A stretch of DNA of 43,816 nucleotides from the NCBI GenBank assembly GCA_023145955.1, contig JAGLDA010000051.1:1-43816 (forward strand), given 5' to 3'. The position numbers and the translations under genes are program-made. Origin of the DNA: Bacteroidales bacterium (lineage in GTDB: Bacteria; Bacteroidota; Bacteroidia; Bacteroidales; UBA1556). Each line of letters begins with the position of its first letter. The first letter of the stretch is position 1. Of the stretch, positions 9,478-19,116 are shown piece after piece. The notes beneath the pieces are model-generated. The model was not told the origin of the DNA. It was given only the letters and a program-made list of their open reading frames with translations, and did no database searches.

Positions 9478-10944
9478 TTAAGAGATAGAGTTTTGTTTAT
9501 CATATTTTATCGGTATATTAAAAATAAATTTTGAGCCTTTACCAAGCTTACTATTTACTTTAATATTACCACCAATCATTTTTAAGTATATCTTAGTGAT
9601 CGACAGTCCTAAACCTGCACTACCATGCACTTTATTATTACTCATTGAAACTTGCATAAATCTATCGAATATTAGCTCTTGTTGTTCATCACTTATTCCA
9701 ATTCCGGTATCCTCAATAGTAAATTCTAATTGAGAATTAATAGATTTATAACAAAATTTGACACTACCTACTTCAGTATATTTGCATGCATTATTTACAA
9801 GATTAACTAATATCTGCTTAAGTCGCATTCTATCTGTTGAGATAAATGATTCGTTATCCTCTAAGCCATTTTCATACGACAATGCTATATCTTTATCAAT
9901 AACATTCTTATTCATCACAAACATATCATAAATATCCTTTGTGAGCTCATTCAAGCTAAAGTGGTCAACTTTTACTTTAATAATACCAGCCTCAATTTTA
10001 GACAAGTCCATAATCTCGTCAATTAAGTTAAGCAGGTGCTCTCCACTATTAACTATTATTTTAATAAACTCATCCAACTCTTCTTCATTTTCAGCTTCAT
10101 GAAGCAAGTTAGCAAACCCTATTATGCCATTCATTGGTGTACGTATCTCATGACTCATATTAGCTAAAAATGCAGACTTTAGTTTATCAGCATGCTCAGC
10201 TTTTTCTTTAGCTGCTTCTAATTCTATCTCAACAATCTTTCGTTGAGATATCTCCTCCTTCAACTCCTCGTTTCTAATATATAAAGAGCTTGTTCTCTTT
10301 TCTACAGTTAATTCAAGGCTAGAGTTTATCTCTTGTATTTCACTATTCTTTTGCCCTAGTTGACGTAATAAATCAAAATTTTCTCTATCAGAAACTTCTG
10401 TATAATATGAAGCAAAAGCACTTATAAAAATTGCAGAAACAAAGAAGAAGTCATTTAGTACTACAGTATCAATATTATTATTAAAATAATATATTGCAAG
10501 AATATTATAGAGTATAATATTAACAATAGCTGCTAATGTAGAATAAAAAGACCTTAGCTTAATAAAAATTGATCCAGCAAGAAAAATAAGCATCAAACCA
10601 TTGCTATAGAATGATTCTGCTGGAAGTTGAACTATCATAATAACAATTCCTGCTCCACCAATTATATTTGTAAAAAGTAATAATTCTTGCCAAAAAAATC
10701 TAAAATATTTTCCAAATGATAATAAAAATGTAGTTAGAAGAAGTGGTACAACAACTAAGAATCTTATATACAGAAATTGTTTAAGTAAACTTCCTGCCAA
10801 TAAAACATCTAAGTATGCAAACATTGAATACATAAATGCTAGTATTAAAAAAGAATATCTTATGGTTTTAATTGATTTCTCAAAAAAATCCTTTTTAAAT
10901 TCTTTTTCAATATCTTTAGAATAACTATGTGTAATATTATTCAT
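9478..10944 (-). CDS. Membrane-bound sensor histidine kinase (multi-pass N-terminal sensor, HisKA, HATPase_c)
   Basis: About 6 hydrophobic helices in the first ~190 aa, then a coiled coil. H-box FLANMSHEIRTPMNGI, N-box LVNNACKYT, G-boxes EDTGIGIS and GLGLSI. Confidence 0.9.
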   Translation of the reverse strand: MNNITHSYSKDIEKEFKKDFFEKSIKTIRYSFLILAFMYSMFAYLDVLLAGSLLKQFLYIRFLVVVPLLLTTFLLSFGKYFRFFWQELLLFTNIIGGAGIVIMIVQLPAESFYSNGLMLIFLAGSIFIKLRSFYSTLAAIVNIILYNILAIYYFNNNIDTVVLNDFFFVSAIFISAFASYYTEVSDRENFDLLRQLGQKNSEIQEINSSLELTVEKRTSSLYIRNEELKEEISQRKIVEIELEAAKEKAEHADKLKSAFLANMSHEIRTPMNGIIGFANLLHEAENEEELDEFIKIIVNSGEHLLNLIDEIMDLSKIEAGIIKVKVDHFSLNELTKDIYDMFVMNKNVIDKDIALSYENGLEDNESFISTDRMRLKQILVNLVNNACKYTEVGSVKFCYKSINSQLEFTIEDTGIGISDEQQELIFDRFMQVSMSNNKVHGSAGLGLSITKIYLKMIGGNIKVNSKLGKGSKFIFNIPIKYDKQNSIS

Positions 10945-11423
10945 AAAATAAATATTTACATCACTAATTTATAAAATACAGTTCGTCTTTTTAGTGCTAT
11001 TATCTACCATTAATGGGATAATCCTTATAAAGGAATACAAATGTAATGATTATGAAATACTATGGGGATAAATATTTAGCAAACAATAATAGACTTATCA
11101 ACATTATATAATAATCAATATTCTACACAAATTATTTGCAAAATATTAGGTTTAGCTTATATTAAATATCAATAGTTTAAACTGTTAGCTTTTGTAAACC
11201 AATAATTTATATATGTAGAGATATACCACATTTGATAATGATGATGATAATATTAAATATACTAAGGAGAGAAAAAGAAAAATATGCGCAATTTGTTTTT
11301 AACAATTTTAAATTATATTGTTATTAACAAGCAAATTATCTCGAATAATTGATGTATCTATTAACCTATAACGAATGAATCATTATATAAATAAATAGAA
11401 AATTCCTTTTGGTTAAATATATA

Positions 11424-11894
11424 TTATCGCAAACGTTCCGATTCACGAACAAGTTTCTCATCTTTGCGAATATTTCTATTAGCCAATATTATTAGCAATA
11501 CCGTAACAATAGGAAAAAAAGCAGCTACGTCATAAGTAGGCTTTGCAGTAATAATGTCAAGCTTACTCACCAAATCAGAGTAATAGAATATCCCTGCCAA
11601 CAAACCAAAGTTAATTAACATTGCTATCATATTAATATTCATTTGCTGTTTTCGGTTACTATACCTAAAAATACTTGCTACAGATAATACTGCCAGTAAA
11701 GCTGATAGTATTGGTAAAGGCCAAATATTAGGTAATTCATTTGCAAAGCTTAGATTCTGAACACCTTCGAAACGAAAAATATTCATATAAAAAACAGCAT
11801 CACCTACATGGAAAACCACTACAGGCAGAAAAGACATAACAGCTATAAGAATAAATACTATAGCCAAATAAATTGATTGAACTCGTTGAATCAT
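11424..11894 (-). CDS. Small integral membrane protein, DUF4293-like
   Basis: 156 aa with four hydrophobic helices. The N-terminus MIQRVQSIYLAIVF is as I remember for the Bacteroidota DUF4293 family. The family assignment is from memory only. Confidence 0.6.
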   Translation of the reverse strand: MIQRVQSIYLAIVFILIAVMSFLPVVVFHVGDAVFYMNIFRFEGVQNLSFANELPNIWPLPILSALLAVLSVASIFRYSNRKQQMNINMIAMLINFGLLAGIFYYSDLVSKLDIITAKPTYDVAAFFPIVTVLLIILANRNIRKDEKLVRESERLR

Positions 11895-12048
11895 GATTAT
11901 ATTATTATCAGGTTTTTACCAGTGGCAAAGATAATAAATTAAAGATTTAATTATTAAAATAATGTACATTTGCTGATAATTATTTATACGATAACAATAA
12001 TATTAAAATATCTACTTTAAGGCCTATAATTTTTAGGTTAAACAAAGC

Positions 12049-12314
12049 AAACGCATTTAAATTACTTTTTATAATACAATTAAATAATATGTCATCCAAC
12101 ATCAAAACAATTAAACAAATACATAATTCATAAGCTGTTAATTTATCATCGGATTAAACGGATTCTATTAACTATTTTCCGCTTTCGGAAAATAATTAAT
12201 ACGATTAATCTGGTTAATCCGATGACCTTTTATGAATATAATTCTTTGATTTCTTGTGTTATGTGATTTTAATTGTATTGTCAATATATTAAAACTTATT
12301 ATTAAGATGCGTTT
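12049..12314. repeat. Long imperfect palindrome (nested inverted repeats) in the divergent intergenic region
   Basis: Matching arm blocks: aaacgcat (12049-12056)/atgcgttt (12307-12314); aatacaattaaa (12073-12084)/tttaattgtatt (12268-12279); attcataa (12126-12133)/ttatgaat (12230-12237); tcatcggattaa (12146-12157)/ttaatccgatga (12214-12225). Central hairpin ttttccg-cttt-cggaaaa (12175-12192). Confidence 0.7.
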
Positions 12315-12349
12315 ACCCTGGGGGTTATACTGCTATAACATTATAAAAT

Positions 12350-13126
12350 ATGGAAGACTTCATTATATTAAACACCGATAATATATCAAACGAGCATATT
12401 TGCTGTGCTATTTCTGACAAAAAATGCAGTGATAGTTATCTGGCGAAAAAGGATTGGCTTAAAAAGGAGTTTGACAATGGGTATGTTTTTAGAAGAATAA
12501 ATGCTAGGGCAAAAGTATTTATAGAATATGGCCCTGGAGAAAAAGCCTGGCTTCCCATTAGTGCAAATAATTATTTAAACATTAATTGTTTTTGGGTATC
12601 GGGGAAATATAAAAAGAATGGCTATGGCAAAGCATTGCTAAACAGCGCAATGCTAGATGCGAAGAAGCAGGGTAAATATGGACTTGTAACAGTTGTTGGC
12701 ACAAAGAAATTTCATTTTATGAGTGATACAAAATGGTTATTAAAGCAAGGTTTTATAGAAACTGAAAAAATATCAAGTGGTTTTAGCCTATTAGTAAAAA
12801 AGATTAGCGACGATTATCCAAACCCATTCTTCAATTCATCGACAAAAAGTGGCCAATGTGATGTGAAAAATGGTATTACAATTTATTATTCCAATAGATG
12901 TCCTTTTTCTGAATTTCATGCACAAAACTCTATTGTAGAAACTGCCAAGAAAAGGAACCTACCATTGAATATTATTAAAATTGAAACAATGAAGCAAGCA
13001 CAGTCTGCGCCAAGTCCTGCAACAGTATTCAGTTTGTTTTTAGATGGAAAGTTTATTACTAGTGACATAAGCGTATGTATGGATAGCCGATATGATAAAG
13101 TAATAGCAAAAGCACTGAATATTTAA
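12350..13126 (+). CDS. GNAT-family N-acetyltransferase with a YoaP-like C-terminal domain
   Basis: The N-terminal EHICCAISDKK motif and WVSGKYKKNGYGKALL (acetyl-CoA site Q/RxxGxG/A-like) match my memory of Bacillus YoaP-type proteins. The size of about 250 aa also fits. Confidence 0.7.
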   Translation: MEDFIILNTDNISNEHICCAISDKKCSDSYLAKKDWLKKEFDNGYVFRRINARAKVFIEYGPGEKAWLPISANNYLNINCFWVSGKYKKNGYGKALLNSAMLDAKKQGKYGLVTVVGTKKFHFMSDTKWLLKQGFIETEKISSGFSLLVKKISDDYPNPFFNSSTKSGQCDVKNGITIYYSNRCPFSEFHAQNSIVETAKKRNLPLNIIKIETMKQAQSAPSPATVFSLFLDGKFITSDISVCMDSRYDKVIAKALNI

Positions 13127-13238
13127 TACAATAAATGCAATACTTATAGCGTATAAATTAAATATATTTAGATATAAAAATACATGATTGGCAAAGAACA
13201 AAAAAACTATCTTCGCATAAAATAAATAATATTGTACA

Positions 13239-14153
13239 ATGGATTTATTAGTAGTAGAAAACATAACAAAAACTTTCGCTAAACATAGGGCACTTAATGA
13301 TGTAAGTATCAATGTACCTGAGGGTAGCATATATGGTTTATTGGGGCCAAATGGAGCTGGAAAAACCACTTTGATAAGAATCATTAATCAAATTACTGGT
13401 CCTGATAGTGGAAAGGTTTTATTAAATGGGGAGCCATTACAACCTAAGCATATAGCTAATATTGGATATCTGCCAGAAGAACGTGGTTTATATAAAAAAA
13501 TGAAGGTTGGCGAACAGGCCATGTACCTTGCCATGTTAAAGGGACTTAGTAAGAAAGAGGCAAAAGATCAATTAAAGATATGGTTTAAGAAATTTGATAT
13601 TGCCCCTTGGTGGGATAAGAAAGTTGAAGAACTATCTAAAGGAATGGCTCAGAAGGTTCAATTTATAGTAACGATCTTGCATAAACCTAAATTATTAATT
13701 TTTGATGAACCATTTAGTGGTTTCGACCCCGTAAATCAAGAGATACTTAAGGCTGAGATACTTGACCTTAGAGACCAAGGTGCTACTGTTATTTTTTCTA
13801 CACATAATATGTCGTCAGTTGAAGAAATCTGCGATCATATTGCACTTATTAATAAATCTAAAAAAATTCTAGAAGGTAGTGTTTCAGAAATCAGAGATAC
13901 ATATAAGAAAGGAACCTATGAGCTTGAGTATGATGGCAATGAGGTTGAGCTTTCTAAGTTTTTGCCTATAAATTTCGAGATTATTAGTAAGCAGAAAATC
14001 ATAAAAGGACATAAAGCTATTATAAAGTTGCCAAGTCCTACTTATTCAAACGAATTATTATCAACTATGATGGAGCATACACATATCCGTCTTTTTAAGG
14101 AAATAATACCAAGTATGAATGAGATTTTTATTGATAAAGTAACACAAGACTAA
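13239..14153 (+). CDS. ABC transporter ATP-binding protein (NatA-like, ABC-2 type)
   Basis: Walker A GPNGAGKTT, signature LSKGMAQK, Walker B LLIFDEPFSGFD, H-loop STHNM. C-terminal extension of about 80 aa. Confidence 0.9.
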   Translation: MDLLVVENITKTFAKHRALNDVSINVPEGSIYGLLGPNGAGKTTLIRIINQITGPDSGKVLLNGEPLQPKHIANIGYLPEERGLYKKMKVGEQAMYLAMLKGLSKKEAKDQLKIWFKKFDIAPWWDKKVEELSKGMAQKVQFIVTILHKPKLLIFDEPFSGFDPVNQEILKAEILDLRDQGATVIFSTHNMSSVEEICDHIALINKSKKILEGSVSEIRDTYKKGTYELEYDGNEVELSKFLPINFEIISKQKIIKGHKAIIKLPSPTYSNELLSTMMEHTHIRLFKEIIPSMNEIFIDKVTQD

Positions 14154-14176
14154 CATATTACAAAATATATTAAGAA

Positions 14177-15499
14177 ATGAATAAAATTTGGTTAGTAATA
14201 CAGCGAGAATACCTAACAAGAGTTCAGAAGAAAAGTTTCATCATAATGTCGATATTAGGGCCAGTACTTATGGCGGCATTGATGATAGTACCTGTATATC
14301 TTGCAAAAATGAGCGATGAGGTAAAAGTTGTAGGTATTGTAGACGAAAGTGGATTTTTTACAGAAGCATTTGATAATTCTGATAAGATAAAATTTGAGAC
14401 CATGCGAATGGATATTAATAGCGCCAAAGAGGCCTATGAAACCATGAATTATGATATGGTATTATATATCCCAGAACCTTCGTATACATACCCTACACGC
14501 ATCTTTATATATTCTAATAAAGAGCCAGGAATGCTAGTTGAAAATTACGTGCGCAGTAGTATTAATAACGATTTGCGAACCATGCGACTTAAAGATGCCG
14601 GAGTTAGCAACGACGTAATTAGCGCTATGAAGAATAAGATTGATTTAAAAAGTATAAGTATTGATGAGCAAGGACTAGAAGAGGAACGATCAGGAACTCT
14701 TAATTTAATACTAGGGTTTGTTTTAGCATTATCCATATATTTCTTTATATTTATGTACGGAACCCAAGTTATGCGTGGCGTATTAGAAGAAAAAACCAGT
14801 AGAATAATTGAGGTAATAATCTCATCAATAAAGCCTTTTCAATTAATGATGGGTAAGATTATTGGGATAGCGTTTGTAGGACTTACACAGCTTCTTATAT
14901 GGGTAATACTTACCGCTGGAATAGTTACTGGTGTACAATCTACATTTTCTACCGAGCTTGATGAAATTGAAAAGTATCAATCTCAAAAAACTGGGCAAAT
15001 GATTGATCCTTCTGATAAAGTAGAAGTTACAAAGGATTATGGAAAAACAGCAGAGTTTGTTAGTGCAATATTAAGTATTGATTTTAAAGTTATTATAGGT
15101 TCATTCTTATTTTATTTTCTTTTTGGATACTTACTTTATGGTGCTCTTTTTGCAGCTGTTGGTTCTGCGGTTGATAATGAAACTGATACCCAGCAATTTA
15201 TTATGCCCATTACCGTTCCCTTAATAATTAGTATAATAACTATACAATCAATAGCAAATAATCCTGACGGCCCTTTAGCTTTCTGGTTTTCGATGATACC
15301 ACTCACCTCTCCAATATCAATGATGGTAAGAATACCTTATGGAGTACCTTATTGGGAACTTGCTTTATCAATGTTTATTCTTATCCTTACTTTTGTTCTA
15401 TTTACTTGGTTTGCAGGTAAAATATATAGAGTAGGAATATTAATGTATGGTAAAAAACCTTCTTATAAAGAAATTTGGAAGTGGATAAAATATAGTTAG
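14177..15499 (+). CDS. ABC-2 family permease (NatB-like)
   Basis: 440 aa. N-terminal TM helix, a large extracytoplasmic loop of about 150 aa, then about 5 TM helices. Lies 23 nt after the ATPase gene. Confidence 0.8.
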   Translation: MNKIWLVIQREYLTRVQKKSFIIMSILGPVLMAALMIVPVYLAKMSDEVKVVGIVDESGFFTEAFDNSDKIKFETMRMDINSAKEAYETMNYDMVLYIPEPSYTYPTRIFIYSNKEPGMLVENYVRSSINNDLRTMRLKDAGVSNDVISAMKNKIDLKSISIDEQGLEEERSGTLNLILGFVLALSIYFFIFMYGTQVMRGVLEEKTSRIIEVIISSIKPFQLMMGKIIGIAFVGLTQLLIWVILTAGIVTGVQSTFSTELDEIEKYQSQKTGQMIDPSDKVEVTKDYGKTAEFVSAILSIDFKVIIGSFLFYFLFGYLLYGALFAAVGSAVDNETDTQQFIMPITVPLIISIITIQSIANNPDGPLAFWFSMIPLTSPISMMVRIPYGVPYWELALSMFILILTFVLFTWFAGKIYRVGILMYGKKPSYKEIWKWIKYS

Positions 15500-15589
15500 T
15501 ATTCTTCGGTAAAAACTAAGGAGGCACAATATTTTTAATCTCTTACAAACTAATTTGTTAATTCTCATATTTAAAAAAAAATAAGTTAA

Positions 15590-16699
15590 TTGAAAACAGT
15601 AGTTGTATCGGTAAGTAATGATCTTTTTAGCGACCAAAGGGTTAAGAAGATGTGTAATAGCATTGAGAAACTTGGTTTCAATATAGTGCTATTAGGTAGA
15701 CTACTTCCTGATTCTAAGGATATTACTGACAGAAACTATACAATAAAGAGATTTAAACTTTGCTTTAATAAAGGCGCTCTTTTCTATGCGGTATTAAATA
15801 TTCGTCTATTCTTTTATCTACTTTTTCGTAAAGTTGATGTATTAGTTGCCAATGACTTGGATACTTTATTAGCCAATTTCCTAATATCAAAAATTAAAGG
15901 GATTCCTTTGGTTTATGATAGCCATGAGTATTTTACTGAAGTGCCAGAGCTCGAAGGTAGAAAAGCAAAGAAAATATGGTTAAAAATAGAAAAGTCTATT
16001 TTTCCACGGCTAAAAAATATTATTACTGTAAATAAATCCATTGCAGATATCTATAAAACGAAGTATGGTGTAGATTTAAAAATTATAAAAAACCTTCCTA
16101 ATAAATTAAATAATTTTACTCCTTTATCAAAAGAAGAACTTAATATTGAACATATTCACAAGTATATAATACTACAAGGAGCTGGGATAAATATTGACAG
16201 AGGAGCTGAAGAATTAGTTGAAGCAATGATTGATGTAAGCTTATCTAAACTATTGATTGTAGGCAGTGGAGATGTTATACATATTCTAAAAAATAGGGTT
16301 CTTAATAGTGAGTTAAAGGATAAAGTGTTTTTTATAGATAAGCAAAGTCCTGAAAGATTAAAGTCGTATACTTATTATGCTGAATTAGGTTTAAGTTTAG
16401 ATAAAGATAGTAACCTAAATTACCGTTATAGCCTTCCAAATAAAATATTTGATTATATAAGTTTAGGAGTTCCTGTACTTGTATCAGATTTAGTAGAAGT
16501 AAGTAGTATTGTGAATGATTATAAGGTTGGAAAGGTTATTAAAACACATTCATCTGAAGAAATAGCTAAAGAAATAAACTTAATGCTTGCCCAAGACTCT
16601 AAAAAACTGCTCCATACCAATTTACAAAAAGCAGCAGAAGAACTTAATTGGGAAAACCAAGATAGTATTATTAACGATATTTATTCTAAGTTTTTATGA
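15590..16699 (+). CDS. Glycosyltransferase, GT4/GT-B fold
   Basis: The N-terminus VVVSVSNDLFSDQRVKKMC and the C-terminal EX7E-like region (LSLDKDSNLNYRYSLPNKIFDYISLGVPVL) are typical of group-1 glycosyltransferases. The start is a TTG immediately after an in-frame TAA. The next Met is 20 codons in, which would remove the conserved N-terminus. Confidence 0.75.
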   Translation: MKTVVVSVSNDLFSDQRVKKMCNSIEKLGFNIVLLGRLLPDSKDITDRNYTIKRFKLCFNKGALFYAVLNIRLFFYLLFRKVDVLVANDLDTLLANFLISKIKGIPLVYDSHEYFTEVPELEGRKAKKIWLKIEKSIFPRLKNIITVNKSIADIYKTKYGVDLKIIKNLPNKLNNFTPLSKEELNIEHIHKYIILQGAGINIDRGAEELVEAMIDVSLSKLLIVGSGDVIHILKNRVLNSELKDKVFFIDKQSPERLKSYTYYAELGLSLDKDSNLNYRYSLPNKIFDYISLGVPVLVSDLVEVSSIVNDYKVGKVIKTHSSEEIAKEINLMLAQDSKKLLHTNLQKAAEELNWENQDSIINDIYSKFL

Positions 16700-17826
16700 G
16701 TAGGCATTTACACATAATATCATTTGATATACCATATCCTGCTGATTATGGAGGAGTTATTGATGTTTTCTATAAACTTAAAGCTTTTCATAAGGCAGGA
16801 GTAAATGTGCATCTGCATTGCTTTGAATATGGGCGAGAGCATAGCGATGAACTCAATAAATATTGTTCAGAAGTACATTACTATAAACGAAACACAGGTA
16901 TAAAAGCAAATATTAGTTCTGTTCCATATATCATAAAGAGTAGAATATCTAAAGAGTTAGAGCATCATCTTATGAATGACAATTACCCTATCCTATGCGA
17001 AGGAATGCATACCTGTGGTATTATTAATAATAATGGAATAAGGAAAAATCATAAACTAATTTATAGAGCTGCAAACATAGAGCATGATTACTATAGAGCT
17101 CTACATAAGTCAGAAAATAACAGTTTAAAAAAGGCTTATTATTTGGCTGAATCCATAAAGCTTAAAAAATGGGAACCTAAGCTTAAGAATGTGGACTTGA
17201 TTCTTACAATAAGTGCAAACGATAAGGGTTATTATCAGGCCTTATATCCTAATATAAAAACTATTAATACATTTCCATTCTTCAATAATAGCAATGCCTT
17301 ACAGCCAAATTTCGACAGCAAGGACAATTATGTATTATTTCATGCAAAACTAAGCGTTAGAGAGAATATTGATGCCGCATTACGAATAATTAAAGATATT
17401 GCACCCAACATCGATTCAGAATTCAAAATAGCAGGAATGAACCCAGATTCGTCACTATATGAGGCTAGTAAAGATGTTAATAATGTAGATATAGTCGATA
17501 GTCCTTCAGATAAGAAAATGCAAGACTTACTGAATAATGCTAAGGTTAATATATTGATTACAGAGCAAGCCACAGGGCTTAAATTGAAGCTTATAAATAG
17601 TTTATATCAAAGCAAATATATTATTGCAAATAATGCTATGCTTAGTGGTAGCGGCTTAAATGACTGTGTTGAGATCGCAAATTCCTCTAATGAAATTATT
17701 AGCAAAACTAAGTATTTATTGAAAAAAGATTTTTCTGAAAATGACTTTATAGAAAGACTTACTAAAATTCCAATGGAATATAATAATGAAAATCAAATTG
17801 AAACAATACTAAAGTACATATACTAA
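16696..17826 (+). CDS. Glycosyltransferase (group-1-like, conserved in Bacteroidota)
   Basis: The N-terminus HIISFDIPYPADYGGVIDVFYKLKAFHKAGVNVHLHCFEYGR resembles a conserved Bacteroidota glycosyl/mannosyltransferase family. ATGA overlap with the upstream GT. Confidence 0.65.
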   Translation: MSRHLHIISFDIPYPADYGGVIDVFYKLKAFHKAGVNVHLHCFEYGREHSDELNKYCSEVHYYKRNTGIKANISSVPYIIKSRISKELEHHLMNDNYPILCEGMHTCGIINNNGIRKNHKLIYRAANIEHDYYRALHKSENNSLKKAYYLAESIKLKKWEPKLKNVDLILTISANDKGYYQALYPNIKTINTFPFFNNSNALQPNFDSKDNYVLFHAKLSVRENIDAALRIIKDIAPNIDSEFKIAGMNPDSSLYEASKDVNNVDIVDSPSDKKMQDLLNNAKVNILITEQATGLKLKLINSLYQSKYIIANNAMLSGSGLNDCVEIANSSNEIISKTKYLLKKDFSENDFIERLTKIPMEYNNENQIETILKYIY

Positions 17827-17827
17827 A

Positions 17828-18196
17828 ATGAAAATAGGAGTTGAAAATGTAATTGAGCATAAAGTAAATGAAGCAGACCTGGCAACATCATATGGTTCTG
17901 GGAGTTTAAACGTATTTGCAACACCAGCAATGATAACCTATATGGAGAAATCTGCTTTTGAATTAGCGCAAGCTCAACTTGAAGAAGGTGATACAACTGT
18001 TGGTATTTCTGTTGAAATAAACCATAAACGAGCATCTGCTATTGGAATGAGAATTAATACTGTAGCTCGGTTAATTAATATTGATAAGAATAAACTTACT
18101 TTTGAGGTAGAAGCTTATGATGTAAATGGTTTAATTGGTTATGGTATTCATAAAAGATTTATAGTGAATGAAATTGAGTTTATGGCTGATTTATAG
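17828..18196 (+). CDS. Hotdog-fold thioesterase family protein (COG5496/FlK-like)
   Basis: 122 aa. The SYGSGSLNVFATPAMITYME motif is typical of the small thioesterase family. Starts 1 nt after the GT stop. Confidence 0.7.
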   Translation: MKIGVENVIEHKVNEADLATSYGSGSLNVFATPAMITYMEKSAFELAQAQLEEGDTTVGISVEINHKRASAIGMRINTVARLINIDKNKLTFEVEAYDVNGLIGYGIHKRFIVNEIEFMADL

Positions 18197-18309
18197 CTTC
18201 CTAATTATTTATTATCAACTCATAAATATAGTATAATCAATACTGTATGAGTATTAATTACATATTATACCTTATAGTATTTCAGCAAAAAAGCTAGTTA
18301 AAAAATCAT

Positions 18310-18317
18310 TACTTTTG
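18310..18317 (+). promoter_or_regulatory. Candidate Bacteroidota -7 promoter box (TAnnTTTG) for gldFG
   Basis: TACTTTTG lies 64 nt upstream of the gldF ATG, in a 184-bp intergenic gap. This is a motif match only. Confidence 0.35.
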
Positions 18318-18380
18318 CGCTCAATTTATTGCATAAAAATTGCAATTATTAAACTAGAGACAAATATTAAATTATAAACT

Positions 18381-19112
18381 ATGCTTTCATTATTCAGAAA
18401 GGAGATTTCAAGTTTTTTTTCATCAATAATTGGCTATATCGTAATTATTATATTTTTACTAATTACTAGCTTATTTTTATGGGTTTTCCCCATTGAATCA
18501 AATATTCTCAATTATGGCTACGCACAGCTTAATGGTCTATTTTTAATAGCTCCATATGTATTTCTTTTTCTTGTGCCAGCTATTAGTATGCGGTCTTTTG
18601 CCGATGAAAACAAAAGTGGAACAATAGAACTTCTACTCACAAAACCAATTAGTGATATGCAAATAATCCTTGCCAAATTTGGCGCTGCATTTGTCTTATT
18701 ATTAATAGCAATACTACCAACTATTTTATATTATATTTCAGTATATCAATTGGGTTATCCTGTTGGCAATATTGATAGTGGCGGTGTATTTGGTAGTTAT
18801 ATTGGGCTGTTACTACTGGGTGCTGCTTTTGTTTCCATAGGTTTATTCTCTTCCTCTATTACTTCAAATCAAATAGTTTCCTTCATTATATCAGTAGTTT
18901 TAAGTGGTTTTATATTTATTGGTTTCGAATTTATTTTCAATTTATCATTATTTGGTGATGCCGGATTAATTATTAAAACATTAGGGATATATGATCATTA
19001 CTCAAGTATAAGTCGTGGTGTACTTGATACCCGCGATATCGTTTATTTTTTAAGTTTAATAGGCTTGTTCTTATTTTTAACTCGATTCTCACTTCAAAGC
19101 AGAAAATGGTAA
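18381..19112 (+). CDS. gldF: Gliding-motility-associated ABC transporter permease GldF
   Basis: 243 aa with 6 TM helices (ABC-2 type). The N-terminus FRKEISSFFSSIIGYIVIIIFLL is typical of GldF. Followed directly by gldG. Confidence 0.8.
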   Translation: MLSLFRKEISSFFSSIIGYIVIIIFLLITSLFLWVFPIESNILNYGYAQLNGLFLIAPYVFLFLVPAISMRSFADENKSGTIELLLTKPISDMQIILAKFGAAFVLLLIAILPTILYYISVYQLGYPVGNIDSGGVFGSYIGLLLLGAAFVSIGLFSSSITSNQIVSFIISVVLSGFIFIGFEFIFNLSLFGDAGLIIKTLGIYDHYSSISRGVLDTRDIVYFLSLIGLFLFLTRFSLQSRKW

Positions 19113-19116
19113 GACT

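Noticed and set aside
11284-11355. 23-codon mini-ORF (MRNLFLTILNYIVINKQIISNN) preceded by an aaggagag purine run, in the 479-bp spacer upstream of the histidine kinase
   Set aside because: It is too short to support from sequence alone. Bacteroidota generally do not rely on Shine-Dalgarno pairing, and such ORFs arise by chance in AT-rich DNA.
13040-13384. 114-aa minus-strand ORF bridging the GNAT 3' end, the spacer and the ABC ATPase 5' end
   Set aside because: It overlaps two well-supported plus-strand genes, including antisense to the Walker A region. Its sequence is not protein-like.
13239-14153. Calling the ABC ATPase gldA because gldF and gldG lie downstream
   Set aside because: It is paired directly with a NatB-like 440-aa permease, and four unrelated genes separate it from gldF. 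Its sequence resembles the NatA/DUF4162-type ATPases rather than what I remember of GldA.
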